From positions 1 through 64,000 of the forward strand of contig JBBRAE010000008.1 in assembly GCA_038207085.1 (NCBI GenBank): DNA of 64,000 bases, read 5' to 3'. The stretch is from Armatimonadota bacterium. GTDB taxonomy: Bacteria; Armatimonadota; UBA5829; DTLH01. Below are positions 50,211 through 59,797 of the stretch, one piece after another. Below the pieces are notes generated by a model that searched no databases, was not told where the DNA came from, and saw nothing but the letters and a program-made list of their open reading frames with translations. Numbering within the stretch: the stretch's first letter is position 1; every line of letters starts with the position of its first letter. The translations under genes and the position numbers were made by a program.

Positions 50211-50287
50211 CGGGGAGTAGCGCAGTTTGGTAGCGCACCTGTATGGGGTGCAGGGGGTCGCCGGTTCAAATCCTGTCTCCCCGACCA
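50211..50287 (+). tRNA. tRNA-Pro(GGG)
   Basis: Acceptor CGGGGAG/CTCCCCG, D-stem GCGC, anticodon arm CCTGT-ATGGGGT-GCAGG, TTCAAAT loop, encoded CCA. Confidence 0.95.
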
Positions 50288-50291
50288 CAGC

Positions 50292-50327
50292 AAGGGCCGC
50301 CTGAGTCAATTCTCAGGCGGCCCTTTT
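50292..50327 (+). terminator. Rho-independent terminator
   Basis: AAGGGCCGCCTGAG / CTCAGGCGGCCCTT plus TT. Confidence 0.85.
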
Positions 50328-50417
50328 CTATGACCATTTGACCACTACTTACCAGCAGCACAGACACGCATAGCATCTGCGGAGGCTGCTGGCCAAGCCA
50401 ACGTCTTAGTGGGGTCG

Positions 50418-51332
50418 CTATCTCAGAGCAAGAGCTATTGACGGAATGCGTCCGCTGCCGACTATGACCAAACGATCCTGATATACCCGGACAAGCGCGA
50501 ATGCGTTGGTGTCGGGGGTGTCGACCATCCCCTGCAGCGTCACGTAGTGTACGCCGTCCTTAACTGCATAGTTGCCCTTGTGGTCGTGCCCGTTGATCCA
50601 GACCTTAACGCAGGGGTATGACTCGATTGTCTTCACCAACTCCTCGTCGTTCCAGAGGTTGCAATCCCCGCCGTAGGGAAAGACGGGCATGTGGCAGAAG
50701 ATAACCACATTCTGATGAGATTTCGACGCGGCATTGAGCTTAGCCTTTAGCCACGCAAGCTGTGCAGGGCCTACTCCGCCGTTGTAGGACTGAGCATTAG
50801 GGGCGTGCAGGCCCTTCTGCTTCTGGAGCATAGCCTGAGCTTCGGCGGTCTTTTCGGCATTGCCAACGCTGGATTGCAAGCTCACATCGTTGCCGTCAAG
50901 CACGACAAACTTCCAGGAGCCCTTGGCGAAGTCGTAGTATCTGCGCTTCAGCCCCAGGTGGCGCACGACCTCTTCGGCGCTCACCCTGGCGAAGTCGTGG
51001 TTTCCGAGGACGTTGTAGTGAGGCATCGAAAGCTTGTTGTAACGATCGAGCATAGGGCTAAAGCTTGCCCCGTCGTGGTCTATCAGATCCCCCATCTGAA
51101 CGACGAACGCAGGTTTTTCAGCGTTGAACCGTGCCACGCACTCCTCAACCTTGGCAATGGATGCGCGGTAGCAGCGGTTTCCGCCGTTGGGAGCATCCAC
51201 GTACTGTGCATCCGCAAATACGCCGAAGCTAAACAGCACTCTGCCTGAATCTGCGTGTAGTGGGACTGCACAAATCCCACAGCTGAGCGCCATCAGGAGC
51301 GTCACAGCGCCTCGAAAAATAGCCTCCTTCAT
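50418..51332 (-). CDS. Metallophosphoesterase (Mn-dependent ADP-ribose/CDP-alcohol diphosphatase-like), likely exported
   Basis: ADAQY, QMGDLID, GNHD, YNGG, CHMP and GHDHKG motifs; signal-peptide-like N-terminus. Confidence 0.88.
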   Translation of the reverse strand: MKEAIFRGAVTLLMALSCGICAVPLHADSGRVLFSFGVFADAQYVDAPNGGNRCYRASIAKVEECVARFNAEKPAFVVQMGDLIDHDGASFSPMLDRYNKLSMPHYNVLGNHDFARVSAEEVVRHLGLKRRYYDFAKGSWKFVVLDGNDVSLQSSVGNAEKTAEAQAMLQKQKGLHAPNAQSYNGGVGPAQLAWLKAKLNAASKSHQNVVIFCHMPVFPYGGDCNLWNDEELVKTIESYPCVKVWINGHDHKGNYAVKDGVHYVTLQGMVDTPDTNAFALVRVYQDRLVIVGSGRIPSIALALR

Positions 51333-51549
51333 CCTTTACCTCTTTGACTTCCGTCAGTCGTTATAGTTCAATAGCAACTTCTCCCAAGCCCAAGTGATAT
51401 CCTCCTTTCACGCACCCTCCCAGGGTTTGAGCACTACCTTCACCCATCCATAGCTATCCGTAAGTCAAAGTCTGTATAATAATCGGTCTTTGTGTTATAC
51501 AAACCAATACTGCTCACCCAGCTATCAGCAAAATTGCACCCTGCCAGTG

Positions 51550-51898
51550 ATGCCTCTGCATCTTCGGGAATAATGCACATCAGCGCACTGTCACTGCATC
51601 GGGGGAGCTGGACCTTTTGGACGTATCGCGTCTCAACCTTGCGCTTGATCACGCGTTGATTGCGGGCGGTGGGTTGATAGTAGACCTGCGCGAGGTGGAA
51701 TTCATCGATACTGCGATTCTCGCGTGTCTTGCCAAATATGCCAAGAGTCTGAGTGATACAGAGTGTCGTATGAAAGTGAAAGTGAGGCATGAAAGCCATC
51801 CCGACTGCGTCCTGAAGACCGTCGGTTTCTCGCATATCATGGATATCGCAGTCTCTGCGCCAGTGAGGGAATGCAAAGTGGAGGAGACTACTGCCTGA
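51550..51898 (+). CDS. STAS-domain anti-sigma factor antagonist (5' end apparently frameshifted)
   Basis: VTASGELDL, LIVDLREVEFIDTA, VLKTVGF; no canonical in-frame start before the GELD motif. Confidence 0.7.
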
Positions 51899-53174
51899 CG
51901 CCGTCGAGCATTTTGCGTGCAAGCTTGGAGTTCGGGTTCTCCCGAACAAGTGCCTTGAACTCGCTCTGCGCTTCGTCGTTCATCCCGAGCTTCTCATAGA
52001 CGGTTCCCATCACGAGGTGAGAGTCAGAGTAGCGCGCCTTCGCTCCTGAGAGTAGGTCGCTTTCGTTCTTTGAAAGTACCCGGAACCAGATCGCCTGAGA
52101 CGGGTTCCACTCGGCGTACTCACCGAGCCGCACCCACACGGTCCACTTGTAGTAGCCTGTGGTAAGCGCCTTTGTGGACTGAAACTCGTTCACGCTCGTC
52201 TCTTCGTACAGCGCCGTCGTGCCGTCAAGCTTACTTACTTCAACCCGATACTTGTCCGCTCCATCCACCGCTTCCCACTTGAAGCTCGGTGTGTTTGGCG
52301 CAATACTTGCGGGTTTGGGAGAAATCTTGTTGATCTCGATCGTGCCCTGCGGACCGCGCACCATATCGTCGGAATCAAGCATCGCAACCTGCATATCGGC
52401 CGGAAGCTTCCCTGTTCGAAGTTTCTTCTCAACCGCCGCCGCAACGACCGACACAAGATCGCGTCCACCGGACTTAACCCGAACCTTGCCGCCGACCTTA
52501 TCAACCGTGACGCTGCCGTCTTTCAGCACCGCAACGGGCTCAGGCCTTGGCGTTCTATGCGTAACCACCGGCCGCTCGATCTGATGAACAACTGTCGAAG
52601 GCACAGATGCGATCACCGTCTTTTTGGGCTGAACCGGCGCAGAGGCTATGATCCTTGGAGCCTCATTTGTCGCAACAGCCGTAGGTTTCTGCGGGCTTTT
52701 AACGACAGACGAGCTCGACATCACGAGAACCGCCGCAACCGCCGCAACTCCAATAGCCGCAGTCGCCGTGCTTTTCCATCCCAGCACCGTCCACACGGAT
52801 CTCTTACGTCCAAACATTTGGGGTGTGACTGTGATCGACGGCGCAAGCGAAGCGCGCGACCGTGCTTCCTGCAGCGTTTCAACGTCATCCCAGCAGAGTT
52901 CGCAGTTGGTGATATGCCGCTCGACTGACAGATACTCCACGCCCGAGAGTTCTTCGCTTGCGTAGGCCGAAAGTGTCTCGTACTGCGGGCAATCCTGATC
53001 CGCGCTTGCAAGCGAGCCGAGTTCGTACGCCGCCTTGGCATAACCAGCAAACCCAGCGATCTGTGCCCGGCAAGCCTCGCACCCGCGAACGTGTTCGCTC
53101 GCAGAAACGATCTCACCAGCCGGAAGCGCCCCCGAGAGGTAATTCTTCAGTTTTCGCTCATCAAGACATTGCAT
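51888..53174 (-). CDS. Anti-sigma-like membrane protein with two zf-HC2 (ZAS) domains and an extracellular domain ending in a TPR-like helix
   Basis: HVRGCEAC and HITNCELC; one TM; Pro-rich linker; PSFKWEAV..Y..GYYKWTV beta domain. Confidence 0.82.
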   Translation of the reverse strand: MQCLDERKLKNYLSGALPAGEIVSASEHVRGCEACRAQIAGFAGYAKAAYELGSLASADQDCPQYETLSAYASEELSGVEYLSVERHITNCELCWDDVETLQEARSRASLAPSITVTPQMFGRKRSVWTVLGWKSTATAAIGVAAVAAVLVMSSSSVVKSPQKPTAVATNEAPRIIASAPVQPKKTVIASVPSTVVHQIERPVVTHRTPRPEPVAVLKDGSVTVDKVGGKVRVKSGGRDLVSVVAAAVEKKLRTGKLPADMQVAMLDSDDMVRGPQGTIEINKISPKPASIAPNTPSFKWEAVDGADKYRVEVSKLDGTTALYEETSVNEFQSTKALTTGYYKWTVWVRLGEYAEWNPSQAIWFRVLSKNESDLLSGAKARYSDSHLVMGTVYEKLGMNDEAQSEFKALVRENPNSKLARKMLDGVRQ

Positions 53175-53410
53175 ATCAGTAGCCTTCTACGTATTTCTTG
53201 GTTACAAGGTTTCAAGACGTGCCTGTGGAAAGATTCTTGCCAACTGATTTCCATAATTTTTCACCCGACTGCCTGCTCCGATTATCGGTTGAATAGCCTG
53301 CGTCCTCCAGCGCGGAAGCTCTCGTGCCAATTACCACCAAGTCCATTCCGGACTCCTGCGAAACGTGCTCTATACTACGTGCAGAGACATCCCAGTCATT
53401 GGGGGGCTCA

Positions 53411-53926
53411 ATGGACTTACTGGCTAAGCATTACGAATTGGTCGCGTGGCTGTCATTAATCCCGGCTCTTTGCCTGATCTATCTCATCGCGAAAGCTGCT
53501 CTGGAGTGGAAATGGACGCCTCATGCGGCCTTTGTGGTGGTTCTGATTTTCGCCGTGGCAAGTATACTGGAATTGACATTGATCCACACCGGCCTCGCCG
53601 GGCCGTGGTATGACTACATCGGACTCGGAGTGTCGGGCCTTGCTGTGGCCTGGTTCGCTTTACGCAGACGCAAGACGGCCAGTTTGATAGGCGGACGATT
53701 CTGCCTCCCCCTCATATTCGCATACGCGGGGTACGCACTGATAGATTACATCCTGGGTCATAGGTATAGCTACGACGACGTACATCCGTGTTATTATTCC
53801 CATCTGTGGTGGTCTGACTTTACGGCTCCGTTATGGGGAATTGTGGGCGCGTTTTCAGCAGTCCACCAGAACAGAATACGCCTAGTATGCTCCTGCGCAG
53901 CGATAGCCATATGGGCGCTGATATGA
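53411..53926 (+). CDS. Hypothetical membrane protein
   Basis: Several hydrophobic segments; ATG 53411 follows GGGGG. Confidence 0.6.
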   Translation: MDLLAKHYELVAWLSLIPALCLIYLIAKAALEWKWTPHAAFVVVLIFAVASILELTLIHTGLAGPWYDYIGLGVSGLAVAWFALRRRKTASLIGGRFCLPLIFAYAGYALIDYILGHRYSYDDVHPCYYSHLWWSDFTAPLWGIVGAFSAVHQNRIRLVCSCAAIAIWALI

Positions 53927-53936
53927 CAGACCTCGC

Positions 53937-55289
53937 CTAACCCCACCGCTCCCGAACAATCTCCGCAGCTCTTTCTTTGTCCTCCGGCGCAAGCTTCCCC
54001 TCAAGAATCTCATTGATCAAAAACTCCTTGATCTCTGAGAGCACATGCCCCGCCGGAATCCCGAGAATCCCCATAATCTCGTGCCCATTCAACGGACTTC
54101 TGATACCGACAGCGTCGACCGTCGTCTGCACATGGGCAATGCGACGTTCCAATTCACCCAGATCAACCGAAGGCATCGCCGTGTTCGCAGCCGCTCTGTC
54201 GGCCTGCGTAAGCGAGATCAGCGTACGAAGATCATCCCCCGCCTCCCGAATCAGCCGCCGCACCGCCGCATCGCTCCACTCCGAGTCGTACTCCCCGACC
54301 CGCAGGTGCATATCGACGAGTTTCGCGACCTTCGAGACGACCTCATTTGGAAACCTTAGCCGCAAAAGCACCCGCCGGGCAATGTCCGCCCCAACGTGCT
54401 GATGGGTATAGAAGTGAACGTTCCCCTTGTCGTCGATCGTCCGAGTCTCGGGCTTTCCAATGTCATGAAACAGAGTCGCAAGCCGAAATGTGAGGTCCGA
54501 GTCCTCGGGAATCGCCTCAAGCGCCTTCATCGTATGCGTCCAGACATCATAGAGGTGGTAGATATTCTGAGTGACCCCGTAGGTGCGCGCAAGCTCCGGC
54601 GCAAAGTGGTCGAGCAGCCCCGCCATTCGCAGCTTCTCAAGCGCCTGCGACCTCCCCGGCGTCAAGAGCATCTTGGAGAACTCGTCCCGAATCCTTTCCG
54701 CGCTGATGATCTCCAGCCGCGCGGCCTTGCGCTCGATCGCCCGATAGGTCTCATCTTCTATCCGAAACCCAAACCGAGCCGCAAAGCGAACCGCCCGAAG
54801 CATCCTGAGCGGGTCGTCCTCAAACGTCACATCCGGGTCAAGCGGCGTTCTGATCACCCCCGCCCGGATATCCTCCATCGCCCGCCCCGTGAGATCGAGC
54901 ACCTCCCCGGTGTGCAGGTTCTCCATCAGGGTATTGATAGTAAAATCCCGTCGAAGCACGTCCAAATCAAGCGACGCGAACTCCACATCCGGCTTCCTGC
55001 TCTCCGGCGCGTAGGACTCGCTCCGCGCGCTGACAAGCTCCACCTGCTGCCCTGAGACCGTCACCATAGCCGTCCCAAAGCGCGGGTAGACGACCGGCGC
55101 GTGGTCGGCAATCCCCTTCTTGAAGATAAAGTGGGCAAGCTCTGTGGCATCCCCCTCTATGACGATGTCGATATCTTCGTCCGCGGGCAGGCCCATCACC
55201 AGGTCGCGGACGATCCCGCCGACCAGAAACAGCCTGCCCTCGTAATCCGAACCTTTAGTCGCCTCCCGGAGACTGTCGAGCGCCTTCAC
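53937..55289 (-). CDS. cca: CCA tRNA nucleotidyltransferase with HD domain
   Basis: LVGGIVRD, DIDI, RSESY..ESRKP loop, RRDFTIN, DDPLRMLRAVRF, ERIRDE; HD motif FHDIGK. Confidence 0.93.
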   Translation of the reverse strand: MKALDSLREATKGSDYEGRLFLVGGIVRDLVMGLPADEDIDIVIEGDATELAHFIFKKGIADHAPVVYPRFGTAMVTVSGQQVELVSARSESYAPESRKPDVEFASLDLDVLRRDFTINTLMENLHTGEVLDLTGRAMEDIRAGVIRTPLDPDVTFEDDPLRMLRAVRFAARFGFRIEDETYRAIERKAARLEIISAERIRDEFSKMLLTPGRSQALEKLRMAGLLDHFAPELARTYGVTQNIYHLYDVWTHTMKALEAIPEDSDLTFRLATLFHDIGKPETRTIDDKGNVHFYTHQHVGADIARRVLLRLRFPNEVVSKVAKLVDMHLRVGEYDSEWSDAAVRRLIREAGDDLRTLISLTQADRAAANTAMPSVDLGELERRIAHVQTTVDAVGIRSPLNGHEIMGILGIPAGHVLSEIKEFLINEILEGKLAPEDKERAAEIVRERWG

Positions 55290-55917
55290 GGGTCAACCTT
55301 TCTATGGATGAGTGGATCAGCTGCTCAAGCTGCTGCTCGCGCATAGTGACGGTGAGGTCACCGCGGCTTCGTTCGAGCACCCCGCGCACCATATCGGTAG
55401 TCCTTCGAAGCCCGCCGGTCACCGCATCGGGATAATCGAACGTGACGAGAATATAGAACACATCGTCCATAATCCCCAGAATCTGCTCCGCGCGCTTGAG
55501 GTCGCCCGTCCTCATCACATCGAGGATATGCCTGCGGCTCTCCCCGATCGCCTCACCAAGCCCGTTCAAGTACGACGCGCACTCGACCCCAAGCTCCTGA
55601 TGGCTCGGCAGCGGCATGTCTCGAGCAATCGCCGCCGTAAGCTCCGACTCTGCGTACTCTTTCTGCGCATCGAGCACATAGCCCGTATAGTAGATATCCA
55701 TGTGGTCGCGCAGCAGTTCTTTGGTCTCGATGACCTTCTGCCGTGCCTGGTCCATCAGCATGCGCGCCTCATCCCACTCCTCACGATGCGTAGCGCGAAT
55801 CGAGTTCGCGGACAGCCTGATAATCTCCCGAGAAAGTTTGAGCGCCCCTTCGCGAGCCGCGTTGGTAGCATCAAGCTCAGCGCGTATATCATCAGCAATC
55901 TTCTTCAAGTTTTCCAA
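55255..55917 (-). CDS. Translin/TRAX family protein
   Basis: RE.ALKLSREIIR.S...IR..H, AQKEYAES, YLNGLGEAIGESRR, GLRR.TD..R..LE; TTG start follows AGGAG. Confidence 0.88.
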   Translation of the reverse strand: MENLKKIADDIRAELDATNAAREGALKLSREIIRLSANSIRATHREEWDEARMLMDQARQKVIETKELLRDHMDIYYTGYVLDAQKEYAESELTAAIARDMPLPSHQELGVECASYLNGLGEAIGESRRHILDVMRTGDLKRAEQILGIMDDVFYILVTFDYPDAVTGGLRRTTDMVRGVLERSRGDLTVTMREQQLEQLIHSSIERLTREGARQSPGGD

Positions 55918-56002
55918 TAGAAAGCTCCTTTGCTCAAAATCATCAACACAACAGCTTACCCTCATGTGACGCTATTGTATCAAAGCAGGCAAGCGTATAC
56001 AA

Positions 56003-56027
56003 GTAGTGGCCGGACTCCGTCCCGGCC
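56003..56027 (+). repeat. GTAG-type REP-like hairpin
   Basis: GTAGTGGCCGG-ACTCCGTC-CCGGCC. Confidence 0.55.
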
Positions 56028-56182
56028 TGAATCTACCGGTATCCCCTCAGTGGTTCAAAAGGCAAGAGAGCCAAAAGAGCCCAAAACCCCGCTCCCACAA
56101 AATACCGACAAAACGAAAAAAAATCCACGCTCATTACAAGCGTGGATTCGTTTCGCCAAAACCTGTAATAAACCCGTTTCGC

Positions 56183-56770
56183 TTACTCCGGCAACACCGC
56201 GACTACCACCCGGGACGGCCGCACAACCTGCTCGCCCTGCACGTAGCCGGTCTGCACTTCCTGAATGATAGTGTTCTCTGGGTAGTCATTGGTCTCAACG
56301 CGCTGCACCGCCTCATGGACGTTGGGGTCGAACTCCTTGCCCTCTGCCTCAATCGGCTGGACACCCTCGACCGAGAGCACATCCTGGAACTGCCTGAGCG
56401 TCAACTTGACTCCCTCTGCGAGGCTCTCAAAGCTGTGGTTCTTGTCAGCAGCCGCGACCGCGCGCTCAAAGTTGTCGATGACGGGGAGGATCTTCATGAT
56501 AAGCTCACGCGAGGCAAACTTGATCGCCTGAGCATAGTCATCCTGATGCCTGCGCTTGTAGTTGCTGAAGTCCGCGAGCGCCCGCAGGTGCCTGTCGTGC
56601 TCCTCGACGGTATTTTTGCGCTCTTCGTCGAGTTCCAGCAGCATCCGGTCTAGCGCCGCCTGAAGCTCATCTACGGTCGGCGCTGCCGACTCCATCTCCA
56701 TCTCAAGCTCGGAGGACTCTTCGTCTATCTCAACTTTGATGGGTTCTTCGTTGTTATATCGCTTGCTCAT
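56183..56770 (-). CDS. grpE: Nucleotide exchange factor GrpE
   Basis: RALADFSNYKRR, LPVIDNFERA, FDPNVHEAV, GY..VVRPSRVVV. Confidence 0.96.
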   Translation of the reverse strand: MSKRYNNEEPIKVEIDEESSELEMEMESAAPTVDELQAALDRMLLELDEERKNTVEEHDRHLRALADFSNYKRRHQDDYAQAIKFASRELIMKILPVIDNFERAVAAADKNHSFESLAEGVKLTLRQFQDVLSVEGVQPIEAEGKEFDPNVHEAVQRVETNDYPENTIIQEVQTGYVQGEQVVRPSRVVVAVLPE

Positions 56771-56923
56771 TGTTCCTCACTTCTGTTCGTCAAGTATGCT
56801 CTTATGCCCTATACCCTCAGGCAGGGGCGATTCACTCACAGAAAAGGTGCTGGACACAGGGTGGGGGACGCTATCACGTCCCGACACAGGGCATCCAACA
56901 CCCTTGGTATATGGTGGTGTCTG

Positions 56924-57952
56924 CTAGCTTAGACTAAGCAGCGTCAAAAGTTCACTCAAGTTCTGCGCCATCGCGTTCACGGCCGAGATTGCTCGCCGGT
57001 AGTCCATTCTGGTCGGTCCGACCACTCCGATGGTCCCCATCTTGCGCCCGCCGATGGCATAGTTCGCGGCGACAAAGCTCGTATCTCTCATGTCGACGTA
57101 GGGGTTCTCGCTTCCGATGATCACAGTCACCGTCGGCCCCAGCATCGCGCGCGAGAGTATCAGGTAGAGCCTGCGCCGCTGTTCAAGCGCCCCGAGGATG
57201 CTCTCAAGGCGGGACACGTCCTTGAACTCCGGGTGCTTCAGGATATAGTTTGTTCCCTCAACGCAGACATCGTGCTCGGAGGCAAGAGTCTGCGCGATCA
57301 GACGCACCGTGCCAAGCACCTGAGCGCACACGGGGTGAGCGTCCTGCACGAGAGGCTCGACCCCCGACGCCGCCGCGTCAAGCGTCTTGCCGACGTACTG
57401 CGCGCTGGTCATATTCCCGATCCGCTCCACGTCCGCCGCGGTCATCCGCACCCCGGCGTCGATGATCCTGTGCTCCACGTGTGTGTCGGATAGCACCACC
57501 ACAAGGAGCAACTTGCGTTCGCCGACCTTGGAGAGCGCGACGTGTCCGATCGTCGTTTCGCTCATCGTGGGCTGGGTCGCAAGAGATATGTAGGAGGTAA
57601 GCCGCGCGAGCATCCGGCACGTCTCCGAGATGATGTCCTCGATCTCGCTTGCGATAGCCGCCGAATTGGCGTTCGCAGCGGTCGAGTCCTGCGTTGGCGG
57701 GTCCATCAGCCGGTCGACATAAAACCTGTAGCCCATATCCGATGGCACGCGGCCTGCAGATGTGTGAGGCTGACGCAGGTAGCCCAGCTCGGACAACTCC
57801 GCAAGTTCGTTACGGATAGTAGCCGACCTCACGCCAAAGTCGTAGTGCACCGCGAGAATCTCAGAGCCCACAGGCTCCGCAGTCTCAACGTGCTTATTGA
57901 CCACGGCCTTAAGAATCTTCTGTTTTCGCTCGTCCAGTGCGCCAAAATACAT
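56924..57952 (-). CDS. hrcA: Heat-inducible repressor HrcA
   Basis: EPVGS, SATIRNE, QPHTSAGRVPSD.GYRFYVD, GVVGPTRMDY. Confidence 0.97.
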   Translation of the reverse strand: MYFGALDERKQKILKAVVNKHVETAEPVGSEILAVHYDFGVRSATIRNELAELSELGYLRQPHTSAGRVPSDMGYRFYVDRLMDPPTQDSTAANANSAAIASEIEDIISETCRMLARLTSYISLATQPTMSETTIGHVALSKVGERKLLLVVVLSDTHVEHRIIDAGVRMTAADVERIGNMTSAQYVGKTLDAAASGVEPLVQDAHPVCAQVLGTVRLIAQTLASEHDVCVEGTNYILKHPEFKDVSRLESILGALEQRRRLYLILSRAMLGPTVTVIIGSENPYVDMRDTSFVAANYAIGGRKMGTIGVVGPTRMDYRRAISAVNAMAQNLSELLTLLSLS

Positions 57953-57989
57953 ACGCAGAGTACTCCAGAAAGCTTACAAGCTCGACTGT

Positions 57990-58018
57990 ATGGTACCATC
58001 GGGCCAAGTGGGTGTCAA
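57990..58018 (-). promoter_or_regulatory. Putative sigma70 promoter of hrcA-grpE
   Basis: Minus strand TTGACA-N17-TACCAT. Confidence 0.65.
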
Positions 58019-58048
58019 GCCCGCCGGCCTCAGGTGCCATGCTCGAAC

Positions 58049-58231
58049 CTACGCTTTCGGTGCTTCCTCCGAAGTCTCGTCCGAAGCGGTGTCGTCACCT
58101 GTGATGTTCTTCGAGGCCTTCTTAAACTCTTTGATCCCTTCGCCGAGAGACTTGCCAAGCTCCGGGAGCTTTCTCGCTCCAAAGAGGAGGATTCCCACGC
58201 CGATTATGATGATCCATTCCTGTGCACCCAT
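58049..58231 (-). CDS. tatA: Twin-arginine translocase TatA
   Basis: MGAQEWIII...LLFGARKLPELGKSLGEGIKEFKK. Confidence 0.93.
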   Translation of the reverse strand: MGAQEWIIIIGVGILLFGARKLPELGKSLGEGIKEFKKASKNITGDDTASDETSEEAPKA

Positions 58232-58446
58232 TATGCTTCACCATCCCTTTTGATGACCTGCTGCGGTTCTTCGCGCTCGGGTTCCCCGGCGTCGTTTACC
58301 GTGGACATCAGGTCGTTTGACGCGCGTTTAATCTCGCGCAGGGTCTTTCCAAGCGTTCTGCCGACTTCCGGCAGTTTCTTCGGGCCGAACACGATCAGCG
58401 CGACCGCAAGTACTATTACCAGTTCAGGGGCCCCTACGTCGAACAT
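58231..58446 (-). CDS. tatB: Twin-arginine translocase TatA/TatB family
   Basis: MFDVGAPELVIV..VALIVFGPKKLPEVGRTLGK (TatB-like N-terminus). Confidence 0.8.
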   Translation of the reverse strand: MFDVGAPELVIVLAVALIVFGPKKLPEVGRTLGKTLREIKRASNDLMSTVNDAGEPEREEPQQVIKRDGEA

Positions 58447-58459
58447 GTGTCGTATCTTC

Positions 58460-59392
58460 CTATTCCAGCCGCGTAACCCGCACATCGGGTCTGAGCTTGT
58501 TGAAACACTCAAGTGTGAGGCACGCGGCTCCGTACGTCATAGCGTTTCCAGCACCGGCGGCGACCCCGGCGGCGATTGCGTCGGCCAAATTGCTCCCACC
58601 GGCAGCAGCGTCGACAAATGCGGCCACAAGTGAGTCACCAGACCCGACCGCGCTTACAAAGTCTATCTTGGGCGGCACGGCAAGCCATGTCTCGCGCCCG
58701 TTGGTGACTATTGCACCCGAGCGTCCCATCGATACTACCACGACGCCTATGCCCCTGTCGACAAACGCCTTCGCTGCGGCGAGCACTTCGGTCGTAGTGT
58801 TTAGCTCAGAGCCGACAAGTGAAGACAGCTCTGCAGCGTTTGGTTTGATAATATCCGGCGCGGCTGCAATGCCCCTGCGCAGGTGCTCCCCGCTTGAATC
58901 AAGCACGGTGATCGCTCCGGCGGACTTGGCGGCCTCTATAGCGACGGCGTAAAAGTCGTCGGGCACCCCGGGAGGGGCGCTGCCTGATAGCACGAGGTGA
59001 CTAGCCCCGGGCAAGAGTGAGCGAATCTTCGTCAGCAGCGCGCTGACCTCGTCGGCGGTTACAAGCGGCCCGGACTCGTTCACCTCGGTCTGCGTGACGT
59101 TGGCCGGGTCGACTACAGCGATGCACAGCCTTGACTCGCCGACGGTTCGCACAAAGTCGTGGCGGATGCCTTCGGTGTCCAGGCTCTCAAGAATCAGATC
59201 GCCGTTGTGTCCGCCGATGAACCCTGTCGCGATCGCTTCGCGCGCAAGCGTTCCAAGCATCCGGGCGACGTTGATTCCTTTGCCCCCGGCAGCCGTCTTT
59301 TCGATCGATGGCCTGTGCATTCGGTCGATGGTGAAGTCATCGACCGTATAAGACTTATCAACGGCTGCGTTAAGTGTGACTGTGACGATCAA
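58460..59392 (-). CDS. 1-phosphofructokinase/LacC-family (PfkB) sugar-phosphate kinase
   Basis: TVTLNAAVD, GGKGINVA, LSGS.P.G, IKPN..EL, AVGSGDS; probable TTG start. Confidence 0.92.
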   Translation of the reverse strand: MIVTVTLNAAVDKSYTVDDFTIDRMHRPSIEKTAAGGKGINVARMLGTLAREAIATGFIGGHNGDLILESLDTEGIRHDFVRTVGESRLCIAVVDPANVTQTEVNESGPLVTADEVSALLTKIRSLLPGASHLVLSGSAPPGVPDDFYAVAIEAAKSAGAITVLDSSGEHLRRGIAAAPDIIKPNAAELSSLVGSELNTTTEVLAAAKAFVDRGIGVVVVSMGRSGAIVTNGRETWLAVPPKIDFVSAVGSGDSLVAAFVDAAAGGSNLADAIAAGVAAGAGNAMTYGAACLTLECFNKLRPDVRVTRLE

Positions 59393-59797
59393 ATATACAC
59401 CCGGCTGATAGTGAGATTTCATTCTTATTGTACGCTCCCCGGCAGAGGAAGTCAAATGCGTTGATGCGGGTGTGAGTAAAGATTGTTGGCGGCCTCCAAT
59501 CCCGATTTTGGAGTGCGGCGAGCAATCGCCGCTTTCACGTATCTTTCGAATGATGCCGACTCGGCGCTTGCGCGCTCTGTTTCAGTCGAGAGAAAAGCGA
59601 CGCTCGCACGCCGCACTCCATATAGAGGCGACTTGTCGTCACCTGCCAAGTCTAATATTGGAATAAATACTTACACTAATATGAACTTGCGGCATGGGTT
59701 GAGCAAATCGGTGGCTCTGCTGTATAATAGATGTGGCTGGCGAGTTTGCCAGCGAAGTATTGAGGAGTCTTGCTCCTTGTAATCTATGAGGTCTTCG

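Noticed and set aside
50259..50277. C-T mismatch in the tRNA-Pro T-stem as a sign of a pseudo-tRNA
   Set aside because: Other arms, CCA, promoter and terminator are intact; single mismatches are tolerated.
50331..50345. TGACCATTTGACCAC after tRNA-Pro as an integrase arm site
   Set aside because: No integrase and no duplicated tRNA 3' end seen in the window.
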